From NCBI GenBank assembly GCA_965287045.1, contig OZ336878.1:60078001-60142000 (forward strand): a DNA stretch of 64,000 bases. The letters run 5' to 3'. The notes below the pieces were generated by a model that was given only the letters and a program-made list of their open reading frames with translations, did not search any database and was not told where the DNA came from. Source of the stretch: Carcharhinus amblyrhynchos. Lineage: Eukaryota. Shown piece after piece: positions 1 to 12,099 of the stretch. Made by a program: the position numbers and the translations under genes. Within the stretch, counting starts at the first letter, position 1. Each line of letters opens with the position of its first letter.

Positions 1-868
1 GCAATGGATTCCAAATTCACCAGACCAGACTGATTCGGTCAAATCAGACACAGAATTGAGCATAGTGGAGAAAAAGATTTTTAAGATTAAAAGGTTCCGG
101 AAACCTGGTGAACAAACAGATACATTTATCAATTACCTGTATCAACTGACTAGTGGTTGTCAATATGCTGATCATAAATCTGAGCTATAACCAATAACAC
201 TTTTTCTAACCTACTACAGTCTAATGAGGATTTAACTTTGGAGATGGCAATAGTTAGTCAAAAGTCCACCAGCAAAATAATCATAATCAGAGGGAAAGAC
301 AAACCATGGTTCAGAATGACCCCAATGACAATGGTACAGGTTATTAAACCAAAGATTGCCAAAGACACAAGAGACTTCATGGAACAAAAGTTCAAGGTGC
401 TGAAAAGCCCCACCAGCTAGAACAGTGTCCAGCAAGTACCACAGAAAGCTTTTGTTGTAAAAGAGTCGGGCAATTTGAAATGGTGTGCAGAACTAAAACC
501 TCTGGACACACAGATGATCATAAAAGAATTTTTGCACACAAGGCTATTAACGAAGTAGAGGAACAATGATGTTTCCCAGGTGCGATCAAAGACCCAAGAT
601 ACACTTTCTGGAATGCAAACATTTTTGTTAATGGCCAGGCCACTAATTTCAAATTGGATACAGGAGCAATTGTAACAGTCCTGTGTGGTAAAGTACCATT
701 GCTAGTAAACGTGGCTGAAGACAACTGAAAACCTATTATATGGTCCAGAGGACACTCACTACTAGGCACAGGCATGTTACAAGCACAGCTACAATGCAAG
801 GACAAACAGAAACTGGAAATATTACATGTGATTCACAATCAAGAATTATCTCTTCCAAGCAAAAATGC
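1..868 (+). mobile_element. Decayed Ty3/Gypsy-like LTR retrotransposon, gag and protease part
   Basis: Gag-like KPGEQTDTFINYLYQLTSGCQY (~100-170), degenerate Zn knuckle CPA..FCCKRVGQFEMVCR (~427-492), and aspartic protease FWNANIFVNGQATNFKLDTGAIVTVL (606-683). Contains stops and frameshifts. Confidence 0.8.
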
Positions 869-882
869 CTGTGTTGATCTCA

Positions 883-2253
883 CCAAGATGTGGAGATGCC
901 GGCGTTGGACTGGGGTAAACACAGTAAGAAGTCTCACAGCACCAAGTTAAAGTCCAACAGGTTTATTTGGTAGCAAAAGCCACTAGTTTTTGGAGTGCTT
1001 GCTGCTCCTTCGTCAGGCGAGTGGGAGTTCTGTTCACAAACAGGGCACATAAAGTCAAACTCAATTTACAAAATAATGGTTGAAATGCAAGTCTTTACAG
1101 GTAATTAAGTCTCAAAGGTACAGACAATACGAGTGGAGAGAGGGTTAAGCACAGGTTAAAGAAATGCATATTGTCTCCAGCCACGACAGTTAGTGAGACT
1201 TTGCAAGCCCAGGCAAGTTGTGGGGGTGACAGTGTGACATGAACCCAAGATCCTGGTTGGGGCTGTCCTCATGTGCAGAACTTGGTTACCAGTCTCTGCT
1301 CAGCGACTCATGACATATTGAAGGCTCTGGAGAAGGTGTCGTAGTTTCCTCGCTCCGGGGAAGTACTGGACGACAAAGAGGACTTTGTCCGCCATGTCCC
1401 GTGTTTGTCTTCTGAGGAGGTCAGTGTGGTTTTTGGCTGTGGCACTTCAGAACTGTCATTTGATGAATCGAGCGCTATATCCTGTTCTTATGAGGGCATC
1501 TTTCAGTGTCTGGAGGTGTCTGCTGCGATCCTCCTCATCTGAGCAGATCGTGTGTATACGGAGGGCTTGTCTGTAGGGGATGGTTTCTTTAATATGTTTA
1601 GGGTGGAAGCTGGAGAAGTGGAGCATCGTGAGGTTATGCATAGGCTTGTGGAACAGTGAAGTGCTGAGGCGACCATCCTTGACGGAGATGCGTGTCCAAG
1701 AATGCAACCGATTCTGGACAGTAGTTCATGGTGAGTCTGTTGGTGGAATGGAATTTATTGATGTCATCATATAGTTGTTTCAATGATTGTTCACCATGAG
1801 TCCAAAGAAATAAAATATCATCGATGTATCTGGTGTAAAGCATTCTCCAAAGCAGCCTTCACAACACGACAGCGCAGAGTCGCTGAGCAGAGACTGATAG
1901 CCAAGTGTCGCACACGAGGACAGCTTCAACTGGGATCTTGGATTCATGTCACACTATCTGTAACCCCCGCGACTTGCCTGGGCTTGCAAAACCTCAATAA
2001 CTGTCCTCGCTGGAGACAATACACATCTCTTTAACCTGTGCTAACGCTCTCTACATTCACATTGTCTGTACCTTTGAGACTTGATTACCTGTAAAGACTC
2101 ACATTCCAATCAATATTATGTAAAATCAGTTTCTGTCTTTGTAAGTCCTGTTTGTGAACAGAATTCCCACTCACCTGACAAAGGAGCAGCAAGGGCTCCA
2201 AAAGCTAGCAAATAAACCTGTTGGACTTTAACCCGGTGTTGAAAGACTTCTAA
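883..2253 (-). mobile_element. Penelope-like retroelement (RT/thumb and GIY-YIG fragments) with inverted pseudo-LTRs
   Basis: Minus-strand peptides RYIDDILFLWTHG...VAFLDT and ...FHPKHIKETIPYRQALRIHTICSD... (PLE RT and thumb). A GIY-YIG C-terminal fragment RRVAEQRLIAK lies on +. ~920-1310 is the inverted repeat of ~1865-2253. Confidence 0.88.
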
Positions 2254-2267
2254 CTGTGTTGACCTCC

Positions 2268-2424
2268 TCAAGATGTGGAGATGCCTGCATTGGACTGGGG
2301 TAAACACAGTAAGAAGTCTCATAACACCAGGTTAAAGTCCAATAGGTTTATTTGCTAGTGAAAGCTAGTGGCTCTTGCTACCAAATAAACCTGTTGGACT
2401 TTAACCTGGTGTTGAGGCTTCTTA
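2268..2424. mobile_element. Short fold-back Penelope pLTR derivative in tandem with the previous element
   Basis: Same terminus GATGTGGAGATGCC...AAACACAGTAAGAAGTCTC...GGTTAAAGTCCAA, followed by its inverted copy. Confidence 0.85.
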
Positions 2425-2438
2425 CTGTGTTGACCTCA

Positions 2439-3779
2439 TAAAAACAGTGGAAGATATAAATGAACTGACATTCATTGATTGTTCTAAACTGAAGCCTCTC
2501 ATACTGTCCAAATGCTCCAATGACCTGGACTGGGACTTAAATGCTGACCTGAGACCAACAATCCAGCCTTTTTCCAAGAAGGTGACTAAGGGACAGAGAG
2601 TAAACTTGTTCTTATGAAGTAGTAAGGAACCAATTCAACCAATGAATACCTGAGTGTGGCCATGATCATTCAATCTCTGTGTGACAACTGGGAAGCTGGA
2701 AGACAAAACTTAGGCAACAGAAAAAACTGTTATAATGCCACATTCAATCAGTGGTGGCCCCTTTGACAAGTGCATCCACACCTACCCATCCACCAAAAGT
2801 GGTAATCAAGAATGCAAGCAATCAGACAAGTCCGAAACTAGAGACAGAACCAAACCAGGCAATGTCCCTCTCTTCCATATTGGAGGAAACTGATTTTCCT
2901 GCTACACTGAAGTTAGCAGAAGTTGTGGGACAGCAAGGTTCTAATTGTTTGCCTTCTTCGTAGCTTTCTATTTTGCCTCCACAAGGAAACAAAGAGGAGT
3001 ATCAAGTCCAGATCCAGATAAAAGAGTCTTCCATTGTCCATTTGGGAAAACCAGATGTAGAGCATCAAACAATGTGCGCGTCTGTGTAATATTTAATCAT
3101 GTTTAGCTTATATTTGAATTGGCCATAATGAAGACTTTCATTTCATGCATACCAGTTTATATTATCCGATCTGACCTGGGGCAAATCAGATCTGCTCCAA
3201 TCCACGCCACAGGGACTGATAATCTATCTGCCTGCCAATATAATCAATGTTTGATAAGCTGCATTGCATCGCACATCGCTTATGGAGTTCACGTGCGCTA
3301 TACACCAATCGTATCCAAATACGACTCCATATCTGTAACATATCACAATCTACAGCAGCTGAATTTATGTTCATCATGAAGAATTTGAGCGCACCAAATA
3401 CTGCAACTCTTGCCAAAGACCAACAAAGTCAAACTAAAGTAGTTCAAATAGAGACTATTTTCCAAACCTCAAGAGCATGATCAGGGAGAATCGTGAAACC
3501 GCCTGGCCAATTAAATCTTTGAAATCAGAGACGTGGGGAGAAGTGGTAATGTAAATATAAATTTTAAGAACACTTTGATAAAGACTAACAGTACATTCTA
3601 CAGAGTGTCATAGAGAGGTGGCATGATTAGGAGTCTAGACGGAGAAACTCCTGACTTAGACGGAGTTGTATCTGTAGTCCTGTACATCTGTAAATAGTTG
3701 TGTTCACACAATAAACCAGTTATTGTTCAGACATATCTACGTCTCCTCAACCGTTCCTTAGCCAATCATAATCAACACA
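2439..3779 (+). mobile_element. Continuation of the Gypsy-like element: deleted pol remnant, integrase C-terminus, PPT and 3' LTR
   Basis: SGRIVKPPGQLNL* at ~3481-3522 is a typical pol C-terminus. A purine-rich tract (~3529-3543) is followed by a TG...CA segment with AATAAA (~3544-3779). Interrupted by an insertion at ~3072-3395. Confidence 0.65.
3072..3395. repeat. Unclassified ~320-bp interspersed repeat, copy 1
   Basis: Highly similar to 4925-5245 in the same orientation; inserted within the Gypsy-like remnant. Confidence 0.85.
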
Positions 3780-4904
3780 TAATGGAATCAATTTTAGATG
3801 GCAGATGACCATTAGGAAAAACAAAGAACAAAAAAAGACAAAAATCCATGAGCAGAAAAATTGGAATCCTTGCTAACACACGACAACGTTATGTATTGAG
3901 AAAGTCGGCTTTGATCCTAAAGGAAACAGGAGACCCTCTAGTAAAGAAACAACTCTACTAGTCAGGCAATATAATTTTGCTCTACAAATGTGTTTTTCCC
4001 TGTATTAACTGCACCACACCAGGGCTGACAGAAACTTGTACTCCAAGTGGAAGGCCAAATTTATGCAAGCAAATTAATTTGACAGGGGTTTTCTCACACA
4101 TTTATTCTAAAGGATGAGTTGATAAGCTCACTCATGCCTGCCCTTAAATATTATTCATTTTACAATCTCCCATGACACTCTTCACAAACTTAAATGGTGC
4201 AGACCTCCTTTCTCTTATCTCAATCACGAACACAATATTTCCTAATTCTGTCCCCCTCTGTTCAAAACAGAATAGATTTGATTAGTTCTAGACTGTGAAA
4301 ACAATTGCTTTAAAATTTATTCCATAGCTTCCATAAACACTTCTGAAGTTATGAACATATTAAATAGTTGACCATTTTTAATTAACATTTCCTCTAGCAT
4401 CAGTATTTCTCCCTCCTTAATAAACAAACATTAACCATTAGTCAGGGACAGCTAGAAACAAAAGATAAGATTAAACCAAGACATCTACTATCTGCTTCCC
4501 TGAATCCAGTTAGAGAGAGGAAAACAGTACAATTTGACCATCGTGATTACAACTGAGTTTGATCCTATTGTAAACCAACATCCAGAAACGCACTCTTCAG
4601 CACAGATCGTTAGACTAGGAAAAGGAGGCTAAGCTGATTTTTCCCTCTGATCTCTCTCCTCACACCTGGTCACAAAATTCTCTTCAACAATTCTCTCTTT
4701 AAAGAGATCTTGGGTCGTCACCTCCTACTCTTTTTTCAATACCTGTCTGATGCCAAAAAACATCTCTCTTCTGCCATCCCTCCCCCATGAGGCCATGTCT
4801 GGATATGTCACTTTATTAACGTGCTATACAAGTTGCTCTGACCACTATAACTTCCCACTGCACCACAATTGATCTACCTGCTGACTTATCCATGTGAACA
4901 ATGA

Positions 4905-5245
4905 CATGTGTGCGTGCGCACGCACGTGTGTAATATCTAAACCTCATGTTTAGCTTATATTGGAATTGGCCATAATGAAGACTTTCATTTCACGCATACC
5001 AGTTTACATTATCCAATCTGAACTGGGGCAAATCAGATCTGCTCCAACCCAACTCCACAGGGACTGACAATCCATCTGCCTGCCAATATAATCAATGCTT
5101 GATAAGCTGCAGTGCATCGCACACCGCTTAAAGCGTTCACATGTGCTATGCACCAGTCGCCTCCACATACAACTCCATATCTGTAAAACACACCACAATC
5201 TACAGCAGTTGAATTTATGTTCATCATGAGGAATTTGAGTGCCTA
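4905..5245. repeat. Unclassified ~320-bp interspersed repeat, copy 2
   Basis: Direct repeat of 3072-3395, with an alternating purine/pyrimidine end (TGTGTGCGTGCGCACGCACGTGTG). Confidence 0.85.
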
Positions 5246-7139
5246 CTTTCAAAAAGTAATATTACTATGTGGTACACAAGCAAGCCAGGGCCGGACAACT
5301 ACCCCAACAGAATAGGATGAAGATATATGCTGTTTAATAGTGGGTTTGAACTGCGATCAGCTCATTTTACAAGAACGGTGTGCACACATACAATCTATGG
5401 GCAATGGATTGCCAGATTCATTTTTTTTTAAACCATCCCTGCCTGCAAGATGCCCACCAACTTGCGCATTATATGCCTGTCAAATGATAACTACTTTGTT
5501 TTTAACCGTGGCCCTGTTGAGATTTTACTGGGCATGACTTCAAACCTCATATTCAACGAATCATACAACATAGCAAATACATTGCCATTTTATGATCACA
5601 GCAAAGAAACTTGACACTAAATGGATCTTTATGGATGTTAAGATTAAGACAGTTAAATGTTACCATCAGCAGATATGAAATAAAACACTAAACGCATCAC
5701 TACCATCCATCCTTTGGTGCAGAGGTATGGGGGAAATTCAAAGCACTTGCACTGCATTGTAATGGAACATTGTCAGGAAGGGTGGAGAAGGGCAGATGGG
5801 TTAAGAGGACAGGATGCAGTGTGCATCAAGGGAAAATATATTTGCTGCCATATTTTTGAAATGTAATTTTTTCCAAAAAACACAACAGGCAGATATATTC
5901 AACGGGCTCACCCTCAAATGTCTCATATCATTTTAATGAATAAATTCTCAAATTAATGTAAATTGTCAAAAAGTAGGGGAAAAAAAAATTGCTCAATCCT
6001 CAAAATTGTTACACATACAAAAAAATCAAAGTCTTGATCCTCAGTAATAAAGTAGACATGTTTTTCTGAAAATACAAGATGGCATTCTTTCAACTTTATT
6101 GACAACACTTGAGGTTGCAAAGCTGGTGCTGAAATAGAACACATTGCAAGCTGCTGTTCAGTCCAATTCCCTTGGCAACCCCAATGGCCCTGCTCATGCC
6201 CTTTTAGCAAAAAGCAGAACCAGATGACAGATTGACTACCAAGTAGCTGCATGTGTCAGCAAGATGGAATGAACAATCCACTGAACAGTCTAGTGGCAAC
6301 AGCCCCACTACATCATGACAAAAATCCACATTCCTCACCTCTGAGGAATTATCTTCATTTGCCAATTGTCCCAGCATAGCAATCATATATACAAATAGCA
6401 ATCACCCTTTCCCTGCCTGTCCACACAACCCCCAGCCATCCCCACTACTGGATTCACACTGAGCAAACAAAACACATCTGGATTAATACACCAAAATATT
6501 ATCTCAAAATATATTCTAATTTCCAAGGTCAACTAAACAAGTTGAGATCCTAGTTTACTTTTAGAAGATTAAATGCCAGCTAAAAAATTAAGATTTTCCA
6601 ACACGTCTGGATACCACTGGAGCTCAGTTGCTTTGTTCAAGTTGTGTATAAACTAGGCCTATGCAAGATCTTTCAATGCCCTGCCCAACGTGTATTGGTA
6701 TTCTCCTGGCTTACATATCTCAAATTCTATCCCTGGTCCTTGCTGAACTTGCCAATCCTGGCCGTGATGATGATACAATTGCTATCCAACAGCCTTGCTC
6801 AAGTTCACAAATGGATACACCAAAGAGGAGAAAGATCTGGCTCACTTATCACAGCTCCTATAGTTGAATAATCACTGTTAAAGTTCACATTTCAGGAATG
6901 ATCAACGTTTCCTCCACAATAGGTCAGCTGCTTAATGCAATCAACACCTAAACCATGAAACTAGAAAGAGTCCAAATTTTATCTCTAATGTATTCCAAAT
7001 TAACAATTCCTACCAGGAGCAATGGAAGGGGTACTACAAATGTCCTAGGTACCCACTCCTGGCTGCAATGCAGCAACCATGAAAACTGGAGTTCTGTTTG
7101 TGCGGTTATGACTGGATTGAGTTTGCTTTTGATGTTGCC

Positions 7140-7620
7140 TACACATAAACAGAAACAGCAGTAGGCCATTCAGTCCTTCAAGTCCACTCTGCCAGGGCTG
7201 ATCTTGTACTTCAAAATCATTTTCCTGCACTCTCTCATATTCCTTAATGTTTTTAATATGCAGGAATCAGTCGGTCTTAGTCTTGAACGTACTCAATAGA
7301 CCCCCCATAGCCCTCAGACTGGACATTACAAAAGATTCACGACCACAAGTGAAAAAAGTTCTCATCTCAATCTTAAATGGCCTGCTCCTTATTCTGTGTC
7401 CCCAGTCCTAGAATCCCCTCAGTCAAGGGAAACATCCTTCCTACATCTACCTCGTTGAGCTCTGTTAGAATTATATATTTCAATGAGATCACCTGTCATT
7501 CTTCTAAACTCTAGAGAATAGTGGCTTATTCTATGTAATCTTGCCTCATAGGATAAACTCTTTGACCCAGGAATTAGTCTAGTGAACCTTAGTTGCACTG
7601 CCTTCATGACAAGTATACCT
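7140..7620 (-). mobile_element. CR1-type LINE 3' fragment
   Basis: Minus-strand peptide VQLRFTRLIPG..LSYEARL..YSLEFRRMTGDLIEIY, plus a CR1 3' tail (GAATGGCCTACTGCTG). Confidence 0.85.
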
Positions 7621-10600
7621 ATGGCAAGTAGTCTAACAGTCTGCAAAAACTCATCTGTCTAAACTCACGTCTTTTGTGTAAAACAGCAGAAAGTTCCTGC
7701 CATCAGACCTTTATCTCTTCAAACTGTCAAAGCATTTGTGGAATGGGACAGGATGCTAACTTGTAGAAGGTGAGCAAAAAAAATCCACTTGGGTAAGGTA
7801 CCAGAGCACTACATATACTCCAGTTTATCACTAGCCCAAGTCTACGAGGAAGGCTATTTTGGCAAGGAAAAGGTACAAAATTTAAAAATTCAAATATACC
7901 GCACAAGAACCAACCACACTAGAGATTAGATGCCAACTGTACTGATCCAGCACACTAGCATGCACTGAAGGTCTGTTGTGAAAAGCAATATACATTTGCT
8001 CACTGGCACACACACACATTGCCTTGTAGACATTACATTCTTTTTGCAAAAGTGCCAAGTAAGGCATTTATCCAATGGGGGCTGCAGAGCCAAGCCAGTT
8101 CTATCTGTGGTCCAGAACCAGGGCCAACATTTCCCTCCCTAGCTCAGGGGCATGCAGGGCAGGTTTACAGATTGCTGCATGTTTAAGACTACTATTACAA
8201 TTAACTTGTGAACAACTAGTGAAAGATGCACATTGTTGAAACAATGCAGTTTTTGTACAAACCCCACCTGTAATTTAAGCCCTTCATGATCCACACCTCC
8301 AAAGTGAGGCACACTCCCTTCATCTATTTTGTGAGGTTGTTTATGTACATACAACACTTTAATTCAGCAGGCAACAAACTCCTTGCATTAACTTAATTAA
8401 CTTCAGCAAAACAATTCATGCCACAATCATAACCAGTTTGGAAAATGTATTCCCCAGCTTTAAAATAAAGCAAGGTTTGCATAATTAGTAATGTCTTGCA
8501 CACAACAATAGCTCAGTGGGTCAATCCAACAGATACACTAAAGTGTACAAGTTTAATTTCATTCCTCGTAAATGATGACTTAGCAAAGACTTTGGACGCA
8601 CACAAAGTGGCAATGTACACATCTCAGAACTCATTTGAACCACGTACTTATTTCTGAATGAAAGCAACAGGCTGGATGCAGAACCAAATCAAATATAAAC
8701 ACCAAAATTATCTCCAAAACTAATTTTGCGAATTCATATTGAGCCTTTATACACAAAGGCTCTTCATAGTCTTCACTGTGGCATTTAGACCACAAACAAA
8801 AGGTTGAGTGGTTCCTGGCTGTAATATTAAGCTATAGACTTCCAGAGACCTCAAGTACAGTGAGACACATCCATCTGTCAATTGAACAGCACAAATTAAC
8901 ATGCTCAGCTCTGACAGGCAGCCTACTCAACCAAATTCTAGGCAGGCAAATTAACAGATCTCCCACCACAGACTTCCTCCTTCCACCATTTCCCTCTGCC
9001 CAGGCCTCCTGCTCTTTGCAGTTTCCCTGCTGGGGAGAACTTAAAAATTGAAGCTACAATTGAAAGATATGTGAAAACCAGTGTTTACATTGTATACTTT
9101 GCAGAGCTTCAATCTTCAGTGAAGGAACAGCTATTTTTCTCAGTGCTACAAATAGTAACCAAGAGCAGGTTATCTTTTAACATTTTGGCCAATTCCCCTT
9201 GAGGCTGGCTGGCTGTTTACGTCCAATTTGGGACAGTTTTGTGTTGTGCCCGTATACACTAGGGACCACACTGCATCTTATAACTTCTACTTAGATTCAA
9301 TACAGATTTTAATTCCAGAATCTAGTCTGACTTTTAATCTAGATTTGAAAGGTTAGTATCTCACCCACTTCACCACTCAGTCCTTTGTAAAAAGCTTCAT
9401 TTAAGGGCTCTGCAAAGGATCAACACTCCTGCATGCAAATACTTTGACAAAAACATTCAAAAGAGTGAAATTATGTCCCATACCAAGAAAGCAATTTTGT
9501 TAACTTTTTGCTTTATCTTTATAAAACAACTACCTCTGTAACCTTTGGTTTCAAGTTAAATGAAATGGACCCAATGAACTAATTCTGGAATACTTTTACA
9601 ACCAAAGATCCTTCGCAGGACTGAGTCACAAGATTGCAAAAATGGCCAATTTTCCATACCTGCACACAGCTGAGCTAATCTGGTTTCTGTAAGGGTAACA
9701 AAGGACAACTACTGTCTCCATATCCACCCAGGTGTAGTCTGGGAGAAGGTGGTGATGTGTAACAAAAACAGCCTAAATCCCCACTCCTGGCTGTGACCCC
9801 TGTTAGAAAGTACACATGGGAAAATTGAGTAAAGGCAGGGATTTAATTGAGTTGCTCCACTTTCCAGTTAAATAGTCCTCTGATACTCACAGAAGCTACA
9901 AGGGAAGGAAGCAAATTTGGGCAAGATGTCAATGTTAAGAAACCATGTACTTCACCTCGAGAAAAGAGAAGAATCTCAGAATCAAAACTGTGCGAAAAAT
10001 GAGAAATAATTATACATAAATTGTAACAGCTGCAGACACGTTCAAAAGTTACCAATCACCATTTGTTCCACGCAAACTGATACCGTTGGTGCAAGATACA
10101 CTTCGGCTAACTTGATTCTGAGGACAAGGTCATCTCCATTTTGCTGACTTCAAGTACTCTTGGCACCCAAAGCTGTACTAGCCAATCTCATTCTGTATAG
10201 TGCAGAGTACAAGCGCCAAGTCAACTTCCTTGTTTATCAGCAACCCACCGGTAGACTAAGCAAGACAACAATTTACATCAACCTGTGAAAAGCTTTTCCA
10301 TAAAATATTAAACATCAAGCCAACAAAACTTGGCATTTCTGACAAGATTCTCTCCTTGAAACATTAACCTCTTTTTCCATTTCGATGGAGGTTTTTGCTT
10401 TTGTTTAGGACTTCCGATTTACCAGACTGTTTATAAAGAGGGAAGCTTCCTGTCCACAATTCCATCATCACTTCAGTGTGAATACAAAGAAATCACTTAA
10501 TTTCTTTTAAAGGGCCTGGTCCTCATCATCAAGGAATATCTCAAGGATCATTTATGTTTTACTTTTGGGAAAAGCTTAAGAAAAAAAATATTTTTAGGAA

Positions 10601-10849
10601 GAAGAGTTTCATGTAAAAAAAAATGCAAAAAAGTTCACATCATTTTGCTCCACAGCTTCATTTTTCACCATGTGTTCTTTCTCCTCTCAAAATATCACAA
10701 TTCAATGTATCCTCTATAATTAAACAGATCCAATACTAAATGGACATTGCTAATTTTCACCACCTCCCCAAATATCAGTCAACAACTGTGCATCTACTAT
10801 CAAAACGCTGCTGCCAATTTTTCAAATAGTTAATGATCCCCTAGTTCAT

Positions 10850-11172
10850 GTGGAGTATTGAGTGCAGTTTTGGTGTCCTTATCTGAGGAAGGATGTCCTT
10901 GCTATAGAGGCAGTACAGCAAAGGTTTACCTAGGATGGCAGGTCTGTCATACGAGGACAGACTAAGTTGGTTAGGATTATATTCACTGGACTTTAAGAGT
11001 GAGAGGGGATCTCATAGAAACTTATAAAATTCTAATAGAGTTAGACAGGGTAGATTCAGACAGAATGATCCCAAACTACAGGTCATAGTTTAAAGAAAAG
11101 GGGTAAATTTTAGAACTGAGGTAAAGAGAAATTTCTTCACCCAGAGGGTGGTGAATGTGTGGAATTCACTGT
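10850..11172 (+). mobile_element. CR1-type LINE fragment
   Basis: GAGTATTGAGTGCAGTTTTGG...GGGGATCTCATAGAAAC...TGGAATTCACT, homologous to 24670-25015. Confidence 0.85.
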
Positions 11173-11873
11173 AGTTTCTATGACTGACTGAAAAATCAAG
11201 CAGTTACCATTCATAACAAGGAGAAGGCAGATTGAAGGAAAGTGCATGTTGACAGGATATAGTAGGACATAAAACTCTAGATCATCAATTCAAATTGAGC
11301 ACAGGATGATTCTGGACCAACTCAAATTAGGAGTTCACCACATTTACCATAGAGAGAACCAAAAGCACAAAGTTAATCTAAATTACCATCAAGGCAGACA
11401 TTTTCGCAGTAAAAGAGGGGTCTGATTTGTTCACTCAGCAAAAGAGAGAAGTCAGAAAAATGCACACGTTTCATCAACACTGCTGCCCCCAATTCACTCC
11501 TAACTCTTGCAGATTAGCCTCAACTTTAAGAATGACAAGCAGTCACATGTTAGGTGATATAGAACATGTTTGATGGAAAAGCTGATTATTTTTCTAGTTT
11601 TTTCTTGTAAGGTTATAATAGGTTGGCATCAAATTAGAAATAAATAATTCGGACAATGTACATACAGTCCTATAGAAAACTCAATAGTAAACATCACCAA
11701 CCTGCAAAGCTTTTTAGAGGAAAGTGGCATTATATAAACCTACAAGCATTTACAGGATCACAATTGTTATGACGCAAGAGGAGGCCATTTGGCCCATCTT
11801 GGTTGTACTAACTCACCAAACAAGCATCATGACTTAGAGTTATTCCTCTATATTTTCCTCTACCTCTTTATAT

Positions 11874-12000
11874 TGACTGAATTTTACAATCCCGCCCACC
11901 ATAGAAATTGTAATGGGTGGGACACGGAACATGCAAAGTTCCGTTGCCCTCGGATGGGATTTTCTGGTCTTGGGGCGAGCGCAGCTGGAAAATCCCACCC
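11874..12000. repeat. Short MITE-like repeat with internal hairpins
   Basis: TCCCGCCCA...TGGGTGGGA and GGATGGGATTTTC...GAAAATCCCACCC inverted pairs. Confidence 0.45.
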
Positions 12001-12099
12001 ACTGTTTCTGTTTAAGCATTTACTCTGCATGTTCTACACTGTGGAACATGCATTAATAAAGGTACAAAATGTAAATGCAAGTTAACATAGAAAGGTGAT

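Noticed and set aside
1456-1843. Reverse transcriptase ORFs as a retron, DGR or other novel RT system
   Set aside because: The motifs, the GIY-YIG fragment and the pLTRs identify a frameshifted, deleted Penelope-like retroelement.
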